Shown one piece after another: positions 36,788 through 50,534 of a stretch of 64,000 nt of DNA. The stretch's first letter is position 1. Each line of letters opens with the position of its first letter. The DNA comes from Rotaria socialis (Eukaryota). The position numbers and the translations under genes were made by a program. The stretch is from contig CAJNYD010000003.1 of assembly GCA_905331295.1 (NCBI GenBank), positions 1 to 64,000 of the forward strand, given 5' to 3'. The notes below the pieces were generated by a model that was given only the letters and a program-made list of their open reading frames with translations, made no database searches and was not told the origin of the DNA.

Positions 36788-38363
36788 TTTGTATCTCAGT
36801 AGATAATTGAAATTTTTCATGCTATATATTGAAAGATAGAACATGACATATTGGACAATATGAACTATTTCAATACAATATAATATAATATATAGTAAAT
36901 AAGGTTTTGTAAAGTCAACAAGAGTCCACAGATGATTTCTTTTGACGTCTATCTAACTAGAATATATCTGTCTCTATTTCTTCTATAAACTAAAGAATTT
37001 CAATCCGGATTTGAGATATGTTGTAGAGCAGAACAATAAATCTGTATAAACCATGGTTATCGTTTGAATATTCATGATCACCGTAATAGAATATACATGT
37101 GTTGCCATAATTCTACTGATCAGTATTTATTTACCAATAAATCCGATTGAAAAATATTCAGATGAAAGAAATATTTAATTACTCTGTCGAATTCTGAATG
37201 ATGATCAATAATGTGTTTCATTTAATAAAACTTTGAATCTATAATTTCGTTTTTTTCAAATACAATGGATCAGTTTAATATCAAAAGAAACTAGTAAAAC
37301 AATGAGAAGTAAAGAAGTCATGCGAACATTATTTTGATTCTGAAGTTTAGAATGATGGCATAAAAACCAAAAAAGGCTAGGACAATACTAAGGAAAAAAG
37401 GCAACGATAATCTCATTCTACCAACTCTTTATCACAAATGTGATTGTACTTGTTTTTTCTTGATGATTATTATCATTATTTTTCTTGATTAATATTTTGA
37501 TTAGGCGATCTCTTATTTATTCTAGCTGCGCACAGAATACTTAAGTAGATTCGTTAGATATTGAGTCAGATTCCTCTACGTTATCTTTTTCGATATAGAT
37601 TATATGAATATCATTTAAGTTGATGAACAAACCTTGTTTCCGATGATCTTCTCGTGCATGTTTTATCTATATTACCTTCCAAAAACGGAGTTGATTTAAT
37701 TTGAATCTGACTCAGTTTATCTTTATAGTTGATTTCTTTTCTCTGAAAACCTAAGACAGTTGATCGTTTAGGCTTAGCTGATTTTTCTTGTAAGTTTATT
37801 TTCTATTCGAACTCTCTCTCGATTTTCTTTTACTATCATATATTTAGTTATTCCGAATTACTCAGTTGATCATTTATCTTAATCAAACAATAACTAGTTC
37901 TATTTGTAATCGTTGTGTACCTAAGTAATTATCTTAGTACTGTTTATTGCTTGAAAATTGGCCACTTGGTCGTAGAGGAGACAATATCGAGAGAAGTCTT
38001 TTTGCGTAAAAGAAAATACATAGTCGTCTTTGAACAACCGAAGAAAAAATGAACTGTTTTGCACAGTTCATTCGACTTGAAGAAACTTTGAAAAGCGCTA
38101 TACTCACATAAAATAATTAACCTTCTAGAAAGATATAATCTCTAAGAAAAATTTCCTCGCATCTCTCTGTTTCTCCTCCTTCCTAATTGTATGCATTGAT
38201 AATGAGAAGGAAAGAGAAAAAAATGTGACCATCTGTATGCAATTGATTTTTCGACAGGCGAGAAGAAAACATCATTGTTATATTTGACGGATACGGTCAA
38301 ATAGAATCAGTCAAAATGGATGAACTATAAATAAAATAAGAAAAAGTCAATTTTAACATAAAT

Positions 38364-41300
38364 ATGGAATGTCAACATATTAAATTATGTGATTTACCCG
38401 ACGAGCTTCTATTAATTATTTTCAAGAAATTGAAAAATGTTGAAATACTTTATTCTTTAATGGATATTAGCAAGCGACTCAATCAAATTGTATATGATCC
38501 GATATTCACTAGGGAAATAACATTGATGAAACAAACCACATCAGTTAAACTCACTTCTCCATTACCTGATTTTGTACGTGATCGATTTTGTCTAGAAATA
38601 ATACCAAAAATTCATGACAAAATCCAATGGCTCAAACTTGAAACATTATCTATGGAACGTATTCTTCTTGCTGTTAATAATTATTCGAATTTAAGACAAT
38701 TAGATATATTTATTATGAATACAGAAACTGACATGCAATTATTTACTAGTAAGATATTCCACTATGACTATTTTAATAATCTAATCATACAATAGACATT
38801 GACAAATTAATAGAGAACATATTTGTTTTACATTGAAAATGAACATATTTTCATCATATATATTTAATAAAATGTGCCATATCAATTGTAAACAAGACAA
38901 ATATATATAGAAGTTTCCATAAATGAGTATCTCACCTTTAAGGTGCAAGCAATGTCAATTTCCAATAAAAAAATTTTTTATTAGATTTCTGTACGTCATT
39001 TGATGAAGCATGAGCTGATGATTACAAAAAAAATACGTTTTACCGTTAGTAAATCATTTATTCGGTTAAAAAAAAAACGAAAAACTGTAAGGATGACGTT
39101 GTCTTCAATAAATCCATCCTTCTCGACATGTGACATATATTTTGTTTCGTTCGTTTTTTAAAGCTACTAAGAATAGTTTTTCGGATATAATATCAAAAAG
39201 TGAGTTGAGAAAAGCTATTAGACCCATTCTCAGTCCCGAAATCTTTTTGCGGTGCCACTCAGAATCACACCCAGCGCTATGTACATAAGTCGCTTTTTGT
39301 AAACCTCTATAGTTTTTCAACGTCAGTGATGAGATCAAATATTTTATTTCATTGAATGTAACATAGCACTCGCCACAAAACGAACGATTCGTTTTTTTTG
39401 TTCTATGATGTTTCGTTACCGAGAGAATCCATTGATTATGAATTCTGGTATGAATAGATTGAATTCTGTTGGCTGTAATTCTCAACTTTCTATATAAAAA
39501 TAAAATCTTTTGGAGAGAGACTCTCATATTCGGACATTAGCATTAAAAGATGACTCGACTGATGTAGAATTTTCTCGTATAGAATGACTTCAGTTCTTTT
39601 CTAGTTTTCACCTGAAACAGTAATAACTGATTCTCACCAAAAAAAAATCCAAGGTGATGAAAACGTTGAAAATATACATTAGTCGAAGCAGTTTTTGATG
39701 GTGTATCCGAAGAAATATTCTGAACAGGTTAGAAAAAGCACGAAGCAAAATATATGGCAGATTTTTATAAGAATGCCTTTATTTAAGACAACAATATCCT
39801 TCCAGTTTTTCGTATTTTTTCACCCGAAAAAAGTATTTACTAACGCTAAAAAATAGTCTTTTGTGATTTTCAGGTCAGATTGTATCAAACAATGTGAAAA
39901 AAATGCAAGAAAAAACTCTTAGTGAATATTTGAATTGCTTGTCTCTTGCATAGAAACACGATACGAATATATATGCATAGAGAAAGAAAAGATAGTTAAA
40001 AATGATTCGAATATTAATAGGATTCGTTTTATTGACATTGATATTTGTAAACACTAGGATTATAATTATATTGTATAATTGAATAAGAGAATTATTATCA
40101 ATACACAAATATTTACTTTTTACGACGACTAGGAAGTTTTCATACGAATTATGATTAGAATTAATCTGCAAGTTGAAATAGAGAAGTAGAAATAAAGTTA
40201 TTCAAGGAATATTTCATGATCAAAAGAATCTTATCACAACAAATATAATAGAAATTTTTTTTTAAATAATAGAAAGTAGCATAATTTAATGTGTTAAATA
40301 AGAGTTGTTCGTCATTTGTTGGATTTTCATCAAGGAAACGAGAGTATTCTGTAACTACTTATCTAAATTTTACTTAAAGTTTTCTATTTTAGATGAGTAA
40401 ATTATTGCGGAAATATAAGGATGAATATTGAACGAAACAACGATTCAAAGAAAAAGAGTTCTAATAAGTTTATTCTTTCAACAAGAGTGACAACGTGTAA
40501 TTAGTAGGATATGTGAACATATCACACTATGCGACGAGTGATTTAAAAAAAAGCACAAACACACACACAAGAAGGATTTGATGATGAGAATTAATGTTTT
40601 ATATTTCTATATAGATACATCATCTCTAGTTCACATTTTTCAAAATCAAATTGTGACACTAAATATTAACGGAAAAGAAGATCTACTAGGAGATCATTTG
40701 GAAATCAATCGACAAGCAGAAATCTTTATGAATATCTTAATTATTTGTAATAAACTTCGTCATTTCAAATTTTATACATCAGTACCTATTGGTACAGCGT
40801 ATATATCATTTGGTATAGAATCTCCAATTTTTTATCGTCGACTCTTGTAGAATTACATATAGTTGTCTACCGTTTTGATGAATGTCTTTTTCTACTCGAC
40901 GGTCGTTTCAATCAATTACGTATATTATTTGTGAAGACATTTCATATTCTTCCTCTTCAAAGATCGATTATCAACAAGGTAAATTCTTATAGAGAGATTA
41001 TTTTGAAAATCAATGTGAATTTTTCTACGAAATGGTCATATAAATTCTTGTTCTAGGAAAGACTACCAAATTTGAAACATGTTTCCTTGACATGCGAGAG
41101 TTTAATATGTGCTTATGATGAAGTTATTGTGCCACATTTACAACGAATGATTAATCTGGAAAAATTGGCTTTATATTTTGTGGCTGATTACGACGATTTA
41201 TTTATAGATGGGAATAATTTGCAGAAGAATATTATAAGTCATATGCCTCGTTTGAATCAGTTTATATTTAATATTCGATCAATGATTAACTATGAAAATC

Positions 41301-41893
41301 TAAATTATTTTCCATCAAATGAAGATATTCATCGTACATTTATAAATTTCAAAGACAATCAAGTTACTTCTTGTGTTGATTATTTTCCAAAATCAAAATA
41401 TGGTCAATGTCATATTTACTCATATCCATTTACATTAACATATTATGAAAATCTAACTAATAATTGTCCAGATGGATTATTTAATACTGTTCAACAAATC
41501 GAATTATTTGGCGAACGTCTTTTTGAACATGAATTTTTTATTAAAATTTCTCAATCATTTCCTTTTCTTAAAGAATTAACTATAATTAATTCCGAGCAAC
41601 AAAAGTCCAATAATGAAAATCGAAAATATTCAATTATTAATTATTATCATCTAACTAAACTTCATCTTGTGCATGTTCATGATGATTATGCTGAACAATT
41701 TTTACTTGATACAAAAACCTATCTATCAAATTATATTCAATTGTCAATTCATTATGATCAATTACAACGTGTAACAGAATATTTCACAAGAAATACAACA
41801 CGATATAATTGTTCAAAAGTAAAACAACTTTATCTTTATGGTTTATCGCAATTACCTAAACAATATAATACTTACTTTCCTTATCTTAAATAA
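38364..41893 (+). pseudogene. F-box/LRR-like family gene (exons 38364-38748, 40615-40978, 41057-41893) with a 1-nt frameshift in exon 2
   Basis: N-terminal F-box LCDLPDELLLIIFKKL...ILYSL; family motifs SSTLVELHI...CLFLLDGRFNQLR, GQCHIYSYPF and FEHEFFIKISQSFPFLKEL. Frame shifts at the T6 run 40828-40833. Confidence 0.75.
38940..39947. mobile_element. About 1-kb non-autonomous DNA transposon with about 170-bp imperfect TIRs in F-box intron 1 (Kolobok-like terminus)
   Basis: Left TTAAGGTGCAAGCAAT...CGTTAGTAAAT...ACGAAAAACTGTAAGGATG...TTGTCTTCAATAAA is mirrored by 39778-39947 (reverse complement AAGAGACAAGCAATT...CGTTAGTAAAT...ACGAAAAACTGGAAGGATA...TTGTCTTAAATAAA). Confidence 0.7.
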
Positions 41894-42597
41894 ATATCAT
41901 TGTTTTATAAATAATATGAAAACATTGACAAAGATAACAAAGTGAACTTACATACATTGAAAACAAAATAATTCATATAGAAGTGCTGGAAAAGAATAAT
42001 TTCCTTGATAAGAGTCAAAGAAGGTGTGTGCACGATAGATGAGGATATTTTCTTGATCCATACATATCTCTATCACTAATGAAATCATTTGACTTTTTCA
42101 AGATTTTAATCAATATTATTTGTTCAGTTAGTCAAATAATTATTTTGTTTGCTCGATTCTACTTATATTTAAACCATTCTTTGATAATTATTTATCAACA
42201 ATCGGTGTTTCAATAGTCTAGATAAATATATCAGTCATCTTTCGTTATTGACCAGACAACATTGAATTTTATTTTTTAGTTAAAGAAGAATAAATAGATG
42301 ATTAAAAAAACAATAGATAATAAATTTTTGTATTGTTGACGTTGTTTTTTATTTTGTTTAACATTTATGATTGGTTCGGAATCTTGATTCGTTCTTTATC
42401 ACCAATATATTCGATCATTTCCTCTTTGACGAAAACTAATTGAGATTATTATAAACATGTTAAAATGTTCCCTAGAAAATAAAATAATTTAAGAGAAAAG
42501 GGAGAAATAAATATAAGACATAATAGAAATAAGATTTAATCAAGCAGAATTGTTTCTTAGAAATATTATTTTTCTAATCTTTTTATATGTTTATCCA

Positions 42598-42800
42598 GTA
42601 GTGTTCAGACTTCCGAAAAAAGAAATTTCGGAAGTTTCAGAGATTTCAAGCATTCATGTTCGCAATTGAACGTTACTTCCTAAAATTGCTGAAATTTCCA
42701 ATATGTCTAAAAACTTTTGATTTGTACTGCTATATAGTAATCGAGCTGATGGAAATTTCAGAAATATGGGTAATTTCCTTTTTGGAATTCTGAACATACC
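42598..42800. mobile_element. Small degenerate MITE (about 200 bp)
   Basis: TGTTCAGACTTCCGAAAAAAGAAATT at left versus reverse complement TGTTCAGAATTCCAAAAAGGAAATT at right; internal GAAATTTC repeats; TSD not clear. Confidence 0.5.
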
Positions 42801-43992
42801 TCTCCTATCTCAGATAAATAGAATTGGTTATATCTTGATCTGTAATAATCAATCAATAAAAATAATCCGTTAATATATTAATTTTACCTAAATATTCAAG
42901 GAGATGAATTTCTGATTCGGAAATTGCATTCGAATATTATTCAATGAAACAAAATATAAATATCTACAATCTTATCAACAATGACCAATGTTCTTCCTTC
43001 AAAACTTTTATTTTTCTTAAAGCTTTTTTTCTCTTCCAAACAATGTTCTATCGAAACGAAAACGATATCATTTGACAATTTTCAGCAGACAAATATCTCA
43101 TGAAACGAATAAGGTAAAAATCATTGGAATTAAGTGTGAATGAAATGAATATATTTCCTCCGATATCTACACCCTCACCCTCATGAGTAGATTTGCTTTC
43201 AAGAAAATCAATTAAAAAGAAATCTGTAATGTATTATTTGATGTGTTTTTATCCCTTCTTTCGAACGATAAAAACCGCCAATTTTTCGCTATATTTGTTC
43301 TTCATTTATTGCAAAAATATAATTCACCATTGTTTTGTTAAACAGACCGAAGTAAGTTCCTATCAAATTATTATTATTAATGATATTCGTTGAAGTTGGA
43401 TCAAATAGCATAGAAAAATAGAGTATCGTTTTCTTCATCACAACGCAACAAAAATATTTCTTAAAGCTTCTTATATGAAAATACGATAATGGCACCACCA
43501 ATTTTGGTATACTCTAAGCATTCGAGCATCTATTTGTCTTGAAAAATTAGGTTCTTTTTTAAACAGAAAAAAGAAATCTTATTACTCTCCGATTTTACTT
43601 CTTCACGAGAGAGCAATCGTATTTAGTCGAGTTAATTTCCCGTTTTATTGTATCAATTTACCATTAACGCCGATCGGTGAATTCAATGAAAGTCAACGAT
43701 CAAATTGTATTTATTGTTTTATGTTTTTTATTTCTCAGCAATAAAGAGACATTCTATACGAGACTGAGACTATGTAGTTGATTTACAAGTTGAATAAATT
43801 TCTTTTCTTGAATTATCTTAAATTTAATTTTTAATTTCAAATGTAAAGAGAAGAAATTAATCAAATGGTTGATTGAAATTGAATGTCATTATTATACGAT
43901 ACTTCTTTCAATCTAAGATTATTTTCTTATATTATACGTTCATTACATAAAGTATCAAGAAAAAAAAACTAAAATACAAAAATTCTCAATCA

Positions 43993-44529
43993 ATGTTATC
44001 GCACTCATTGGCATTTATTTTGTTAGATAAACGTACGGGTAATTTACTTGGTGGAAATCAAAAATTAAAAGAAAAATTTCGAAAACTTCTTTCACCCATT
44101 CAACAATTTGATAAACCAACATCTTGTTTAGATTCTATCGAATTATCATTAAAAGATAAATGTATTCTTTTTTAACATCAAATAGTTTTGCAGATGAAGA
44201 ATTTCTTAAAAAAATTGCTTCATATTCGAATGTTTATCATATTTATATTTATGATCAACAAGGAAATAATTATCAAATTGACGATTGAAATCTTGCAAAA
44301 AAAAATGGGTTCAGAAAGAATCATACAATTTGATGAACAACTTTACAAACAAATTATCTTGGATTTAATTAAAATATATTCAAAGGAATATGATCAAGCA
44401 GGACAAGGAAAACAAGCTAAAGAATTACTCGAATCCGTAGTTAAATTAATCAATACGATCGATGATAAAGATGAAGAATTACAACAAATGAAAAAATATC
44501 TATTATCTCGTATAAGTTATCTTAAATAA
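43993..44529 (+). pseudogene. Disrupted about 178-aa gene resembling the alpha/beta N-terminal module of rotifer ART/TPR proteins
   Basis: A continuous protein (FILLDK...QQFDKPTSCLDSIE...CILFLTSNSF...NVYHIYIYD...LYKQIILDL...AKELLE) is restored by correcting -1 in T6 (44168-44173), an in-frame TGA (44286-44288) and +1 in A9 (44297-44305). Confidence 0.6.
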
Positions 44530-44672
44530 ATTATTTTTCTTTTCTTGAATAAATGGTGTACTCTCTTCTTAATAAAAAGAGAACGGTTATTTATTTGAAG
44601 ACACAAAAAAAAGGAGACAGAATCTAATACAGAACAAATAAATTTACAGGAAAACCAAAAGAAAAACAAAAG

Positions 44673-47600
44673 TTAAACAGCGACAAGTTCATCTGTTGTT
44701 TTAAGTCTTTTAACTGAATCACAATTATTATTGTCTTTTTCATTTTGTTGAATCGAATTCATTGTTGCTGTTGTTGTTGTTAATGTTGGCTGACTTGCTA
44801 ATTTAGCGGCTGATACTAACTTATTAATGATTGGTAATTGAACTGTTGAACCAGATAATGTTAATATTTGAGCCTATTGAAAATAAAACAAAAAGGTTTT
44901 CTTTTAATTTTTAATAAATATATTTACTGGTGAAAGTGTATCTTTTTTAACAACTAATGAGATTTTTGGTTGAATATTTCGACGTTCAATGGAAATACTT
45001 GATGCTAATCCATTTGATGAATTGATTCCATCATAAATTGATAATTTATTTTGAAGAGTTAACTTTAAAAAAAAATAAAGAATTTTTTTAAAGAGAAATT
45101 AAAATAAGTTTACTTCAGCCATAATAGCAATTGGAGTTTTTTGTGTATGTAATGCAATTTTATGTTCAATTAAATAAAATAAATACTCATCATAAAGAAG
45201 ACGAATTAAATGAAATGAACCAAATGATGCAGCACTACGTAATGTTAAATCTCGAATAACCATTGAACAATAAAAAGACCAATTTAAAAGGATTTGTTTT
45301 GCTTGTTTTGTATATTTTTCTGCTGAGAAATTTGAATACGGTTTAAGAAGATCATTTAATAATGAATCAAGCCATTGTGACCAATCTTCTAATGTTGATT
45401 GAGATGATAAATGATTTTTGAATTCTCTCTCAATACGCGAAACTAAATTATCATCACATTCACAAACCCACCATGCTTGTTCCTACAAAAAAAGGAACTA
45501 AATTATTTTAATAGATAATAAAATAAAAGAAACGAACTTGAACATTATGAAAATCGACTTTATTTAAATCAGCTAGCATTTGATTAACTTGTGTTGCATT
45601 AAGAAGAACAGCACGTGCTGCTTGAGCTAAATGATTTAATGATGTATAACGTCTTAATGTCATTGCAAATGCATTTATGATTGTTAATTTAATTGTTTTC
45701 AATCGTTCTGGTAAATGACCTAATGCTGTACGAAGCCAACCATCGACACTTTTACCAAATGTTCGAATCGATTGTGTTGCACTTGCTAAAAAAAAATATT
45801 TTCTAATCAATATGGAATATCGAACATAAAATAAAGATTATCCTATGGTTAATTATATTACTAAGCAACAGTTCTTCTATTCAGTATTGAATTGAAAATG
45901 AAAAAAAATAATGATTTACTTGGCATTGGTGATAAAATATCCACAATCAATCGATCAACTAATTGTTGATATAATTGATAATCTGAATTTCTAATAAATT
46001 CTTGAACATTATATAATGAACAGATTGAATGAAATAAAGCCATTGGAATAGTTTCTTCTCTTCCTGTTTGAGACCAAAAATTGAACCAAATTTGTTCAAC
46101 TGACCCAAAATCTAATGTTGTTATAACATCAAATAATTTCTTCAATGAAAATATTTTAAATTTCTTAAAAATAAAATCAAAATAGTTTAACTTACAAGAC
46201 AATGATCTTTATAAATATTTTCAAAACGTTTAATATCATCTTGTAAAATTCCTTCTGGTAATTGAACATTCGTGTCGATTTGAATATTTTCATTAATAAT
46301 AAATGAATTATTTTCGTGTAGAAATTGCTTTGTATCTGTTTGAGATAATGTTGATTCGGATTGTGATGAATATGATTGATCATTTATGTTTGGTTTATTC
46401 TCTGGTGATGAACCATCATTTGATGTTGACCAGCGACGATTTTTAAAATTAGCAAATGCGTTATTACCTCGAAATGTTAGTCCACCATGTTCATCCGAAA
46501 AAGCATTTAACGATGAATTTTGTTTAACACGTATACCATAATAATGATATTTTGAGTTTCCTCGTGTACCCAAACGACGAGTACGAAGACCAAGAAAAAC
46601 TGATCGAATTAATTTTCCAAATGAAGCTGGATTAACAGCTTCTAATTTTTGTTCTGAACAATGTTGTAAATAGAACGAATATAATGTTGAACGACGAAGT
46701 GAACAACCTTCGGCTGGTTCAAAATTATCAACTAACCATTGAACCTTTAGAAAAAAATCAATTGTATTTTTAGTTTATTTCCTTAAACAGAGAAGTAAGT
46801 TAACACTAATCAAAACATTTATTTTGCCCAGATTTCACAAGTATTTCGAAGTTTATACAATTATATTTCAACTTATTTGTTAATAGAGAAGTCAATTATT
46901 AACGATGGGCGATAAACAATATTCTTTTGTTATTATACCCCACTGAGAACAGTAACGTCGACTATTCCAACTGAGTTATCTGTTTTATTTTATTCAATAC
47001 TTATAATGATAATTTTAATATAGCTAAAATATAAATTTATGTTCTAGAATCACTTAAATATTTAGCTGAATTTTTTAAATCACAACATAAATTTCATTCA
47101 TGCAACTGTATTAGACTTGGATTTTACATTTGTCAAAAGAAAATAGTTATATTTTCAATGACTTAGATTTGCTAGTTTCTATGTAAAATACATTGTTTAT
47201 ACTACTGTGACTAGAGTACATACTACGCGTACTAATCTAAAACAGATGAATTAAATAAGATTCTATATATCATTTAATTGAGATAAGATAACTAGAGAGA
47301 AAATAAGGTGCAATAAATAAAATTTCTTGTCATGTATTTTGTTAAAATTACAAACCATCTCATACTAACATAGAAACCGTTTTATTTACAGAGAAATTTC
47401 TTTTTCTATTCTATGCATTATTAATAGACATCGGCTAGATGTTTTCTCTATGTAAATTTAAGTAAGCAACTGGCAGATTGTTCGATTCCCAATAGACGCC
47501 ATCTTCAACGTATGAACAATTACTTCTGTATTATAATGAAAAAATGTCAAGTCAAAAACTAGAGTTAATAACTATTTTATGTCATGTAAAATTTAATTTT

Positions 47601-48328
47601 CATCTAAATCTCGTTATTTAATAACCAATAAAGACAATTGCCGATTTTCTTTATCAAAAATTTACTTCCAAGCTGAGAACTTTATTAAGTTTCGTCATAT
47701 TAATGAATAATTCTTCGTTAGTTTTCTCTTCAATCTATGCTTTAATATTCTTACTGTTGCTGGTGATGCTCGTGTTGTATGTGTCAATGGTTGTGAACCA
47801 CTTTCTAATGATGGAACAAAATATCCACCTGTACATGATAATATATGATGTGAAAAACTATCCGATGACGCATTCTAGTAAAAACAGAAATGATTAAGCA
47901 GAATGTTTTATTCGATAAAATATTTTTTTTACCGATGATTGTGGTTGAAAAAAGGAATTCGTTCCTGTATAAAGTGTACCATCACTTGAATTGAATTGAA
48001 ATTGACTAAACAACGAATGTCATGAATGATTTTAGAAAAACGCAAAAAAACGTCAAGTTAACTTACACAGGACCAGAAATATTATTTGAATTTTGATTTA
48101 TTTGTGAATTTTGATTCGGTGGATGTGCTTTAGCAATAATAACTCTTCCTGTTGTTTGATTTCCATTGGTTTCTCCACCTGTTTGATTCGTTGTTGCTAC
48201 TAAATATTGTCCTTGTTGACCATTTAAACGCGATTCATTCTTTGAAAAACGAAAATAAAATTTTCCGAACTTAAATAAACAAAAGAAATTATCTTTACTC
48301 GTATTGGAAGTGTTGTTGATGATGACAT
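44673..48328 (-). CDS. RFX: RFX transcription factor (RFX1/2/3, daf-19 group)
   Basis: Winged-helix DBD QWLVDNFEPAEGCSLRRSTLY...VNPASFGKLIRSVFLGLRTRRLGTRGNSKYHYYGIRVK; LRRYTSLNHLAQAARAVL; dimerisation domain WSFYCSMVIRDLTLRSAASFGSFHLIRLLYDEY. Confidence 0.97.
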
Positions 48329-48447
48329 TGCTTAAACTTAAAAGATAAAAATAATCGAATATCCATATATAATAGATAATTCATTCTTTTGTTTTCTTTT
48401 TTTAGAAGAACGTCAAAAATATAAAAGATTGTTTTCTTTAAGAAAGT

Positions 48448-48614
48448 TTCGTTATGGTAACCCGTTTTTTTTCTTTATTTTTTACTGACCTGACGACGGT
48501 TACTTGACAAGAATACGAAAGATCTCGATGACTACCGTTACTTTAGTCAATGCAATAAGAGAAAAAGAATGACACCAAGCAACGGTCGTCCAAGCATTCT
48601 GTTACCTAGGGGTC
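48448..48614. promoter_or_regulatory. Two X-box-like motifs upstream of RFX
   Basis: TTCGTTATGGTAAC (48448-48461) and GTTACCTAGGGGTC (48601-48614), 120 and about 270 bp upstream of the RFX ATG. Confidence 0.5.
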
Positions 48615-48731
48615 ACATTCTTATCGTAGACAAATATATAGCACGATGGTGCATACTTTTATTTTATTTATGCACTTTCAACATTTTATCATAGATGTCA
48701 CTGATTTATTAAGTTTAAAAGAAAAAACTTA

Positions 48732-50184
48732 TTATGAAAACATATTTCGAAGACAATCATTTAGAAAAAGATCATTCGGGTCAAATTCTTTTCGTTTTTG
48801 ATGGAATAAATTCCACTGTGGATAAAGTTTTGAGAAATCTTCATTCGTTAATGGATGTTCTTTGGCCCAATGCGGTCTTCCATTATGTTTATAACAAATA
48901 GATTCAAACGCTTTAAAATAAGTTTGATGTTCTAAATGATTTTTCCCGAATGGTCGATAAGCAACCGTATTTATCCAACATGTTTTACGTTTATAAGCCG
49001 GTGATAAATATGATAAATCTTCATCTTTACTAAAACGTATTTCAATTGGAAAATGAACATAATTATTTTGTTCCATTAATTTTTCTAATTGCAGGAGACA
49101 TGAAACAGCTTGATCTAATGGTATTGCCCATTCATTTGCATATTGATAGAATAGGCAATCAAAATTAAATAATTTGTCACAACGATCAATTTTATGACAG
49201 GATCTTCCATCGAGTTTAAAATAAATATTATTAATACATCGAATGAAACGAGGAAAATATAATGAAAATAAAAATAATACTTCCAAAAGATGATAACCTA
49301 TATGAAATAAAGCAAACAAAATATATATATAACAAAAAACAAAAAAACACTACCGATTAATGAATATCGAAACCAAGAAATAAATTTTGAAAGAAATGAA
49401 TTTTTATTATTAATTATTCTTGGCTGAACTCGATTTAAATGATAAGCAATACCAAAATTTGTATGAGGATACCACATATAACGAAAATGATCTGATGATG
49501 AATAATAAACAGGTAATGTGTTTAAAAATTTACGAAATTCTAATGGATGCTGATTTAATTCCAAATAAAAAAGACGAGATACTTGTAAACGAACACTTAT
49601 GATTATTCCAAATGTACCTAAACAACATGTTAAACAACGAAATAAATCTTCATCATCTTCTAAACGAAATTCTTTTAATTCTCCATCTAGTTTCATTAAA
49701 GTTATCGATCGAACATACGATGATAATGTTCCATATTGAATTCCTAATTTAAGAAAAAAACACAAAATAAATCATTCTTTAAGGTTTTCAGTAATTTAAT
49801 TATTGAAATAAAACCTGATCCATGAGTGGCTGTAGAAATAGCACCAGCTATAGTCAATGTACTGACAGAACCTTGAACAGGTAATGAAAGATTGTACTGT
49901 GGAAGAATTTCATTGAGTGTACTAAGAAGTACACCACTTTCACAATGAATTACAAGATTTTCTTTATCAATTTCAAGAATTCTATTAAAATTTTTCATTG
50001 ATATTAAAACTTCATTGGACATGGAAAGTGCAGATGGAGAATGCGCACAACCAATAATACGAATTTTCGATTTCGTCTTATTTATTTCTTTTAATGAAAT
50101 TCGGAGAGAATCAATTGATGTTGGTTCAACATATAGAAGGGGACGACAACGAAATGTTTTGGCCCAATTCCAATATTCAACCAT
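48732..50184 (-). CDS. GULO: L-gulonolactone oxidase (FAD-linked aldonolactone oxidase), 3 exons
   Basis: NWAKTFRCRP...IIGCAHSPS (covalent FAD His), TIAGAISTATHGSG, LGTFGII, EWAIP, HFPIEIRF, GRPHWAK, DPNDLFLN. Confidence 0.93.
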
Positions 50185-50534
50185 TTTTTTTTGCTGTTTT
50201 CGATTTTAAAACAACAGATTACTTCATATCAAAGATTAGTTACATGAGAATATATCGATAGAATAAGGTGAAAATACATATCGTCGTTTTTTCTTCTTAT
50301 CTTTTTTTATTTCATCTTATAAGTTGAGAAATCAGTTAATAATTGAACCAATCGATTCAAAATTTAAAGAATGATTAGAAAAATTTATTTCATAAAAAAG
50401 AAGTTTCTGTCTTTATTTCATTCGAAAACTCTTCATACAATCTTATGATATAAATAACAGTAAAACTCATCTCTATAGATGTCAGTGGCAATTGTTAATT
50501 ATTTAAAAGAAGAAGAAAAAAACCTTTATTAAAT

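Noticed and set aside
36900..38100. Possible decayed coding sequence
   Set aside because: Multiple stops in the frames I read and no identifiable family.
39105..39527. 140-aa minus-strand ORF inside the intronic transposon, considered as a transposase
   Set aside because: No DDE, THAP or zinc-finger motif recognisable; too short.
42850..43700. Protein-like fragments on both strands
   Set aside because: Could not build a consistent frame or assign homology.
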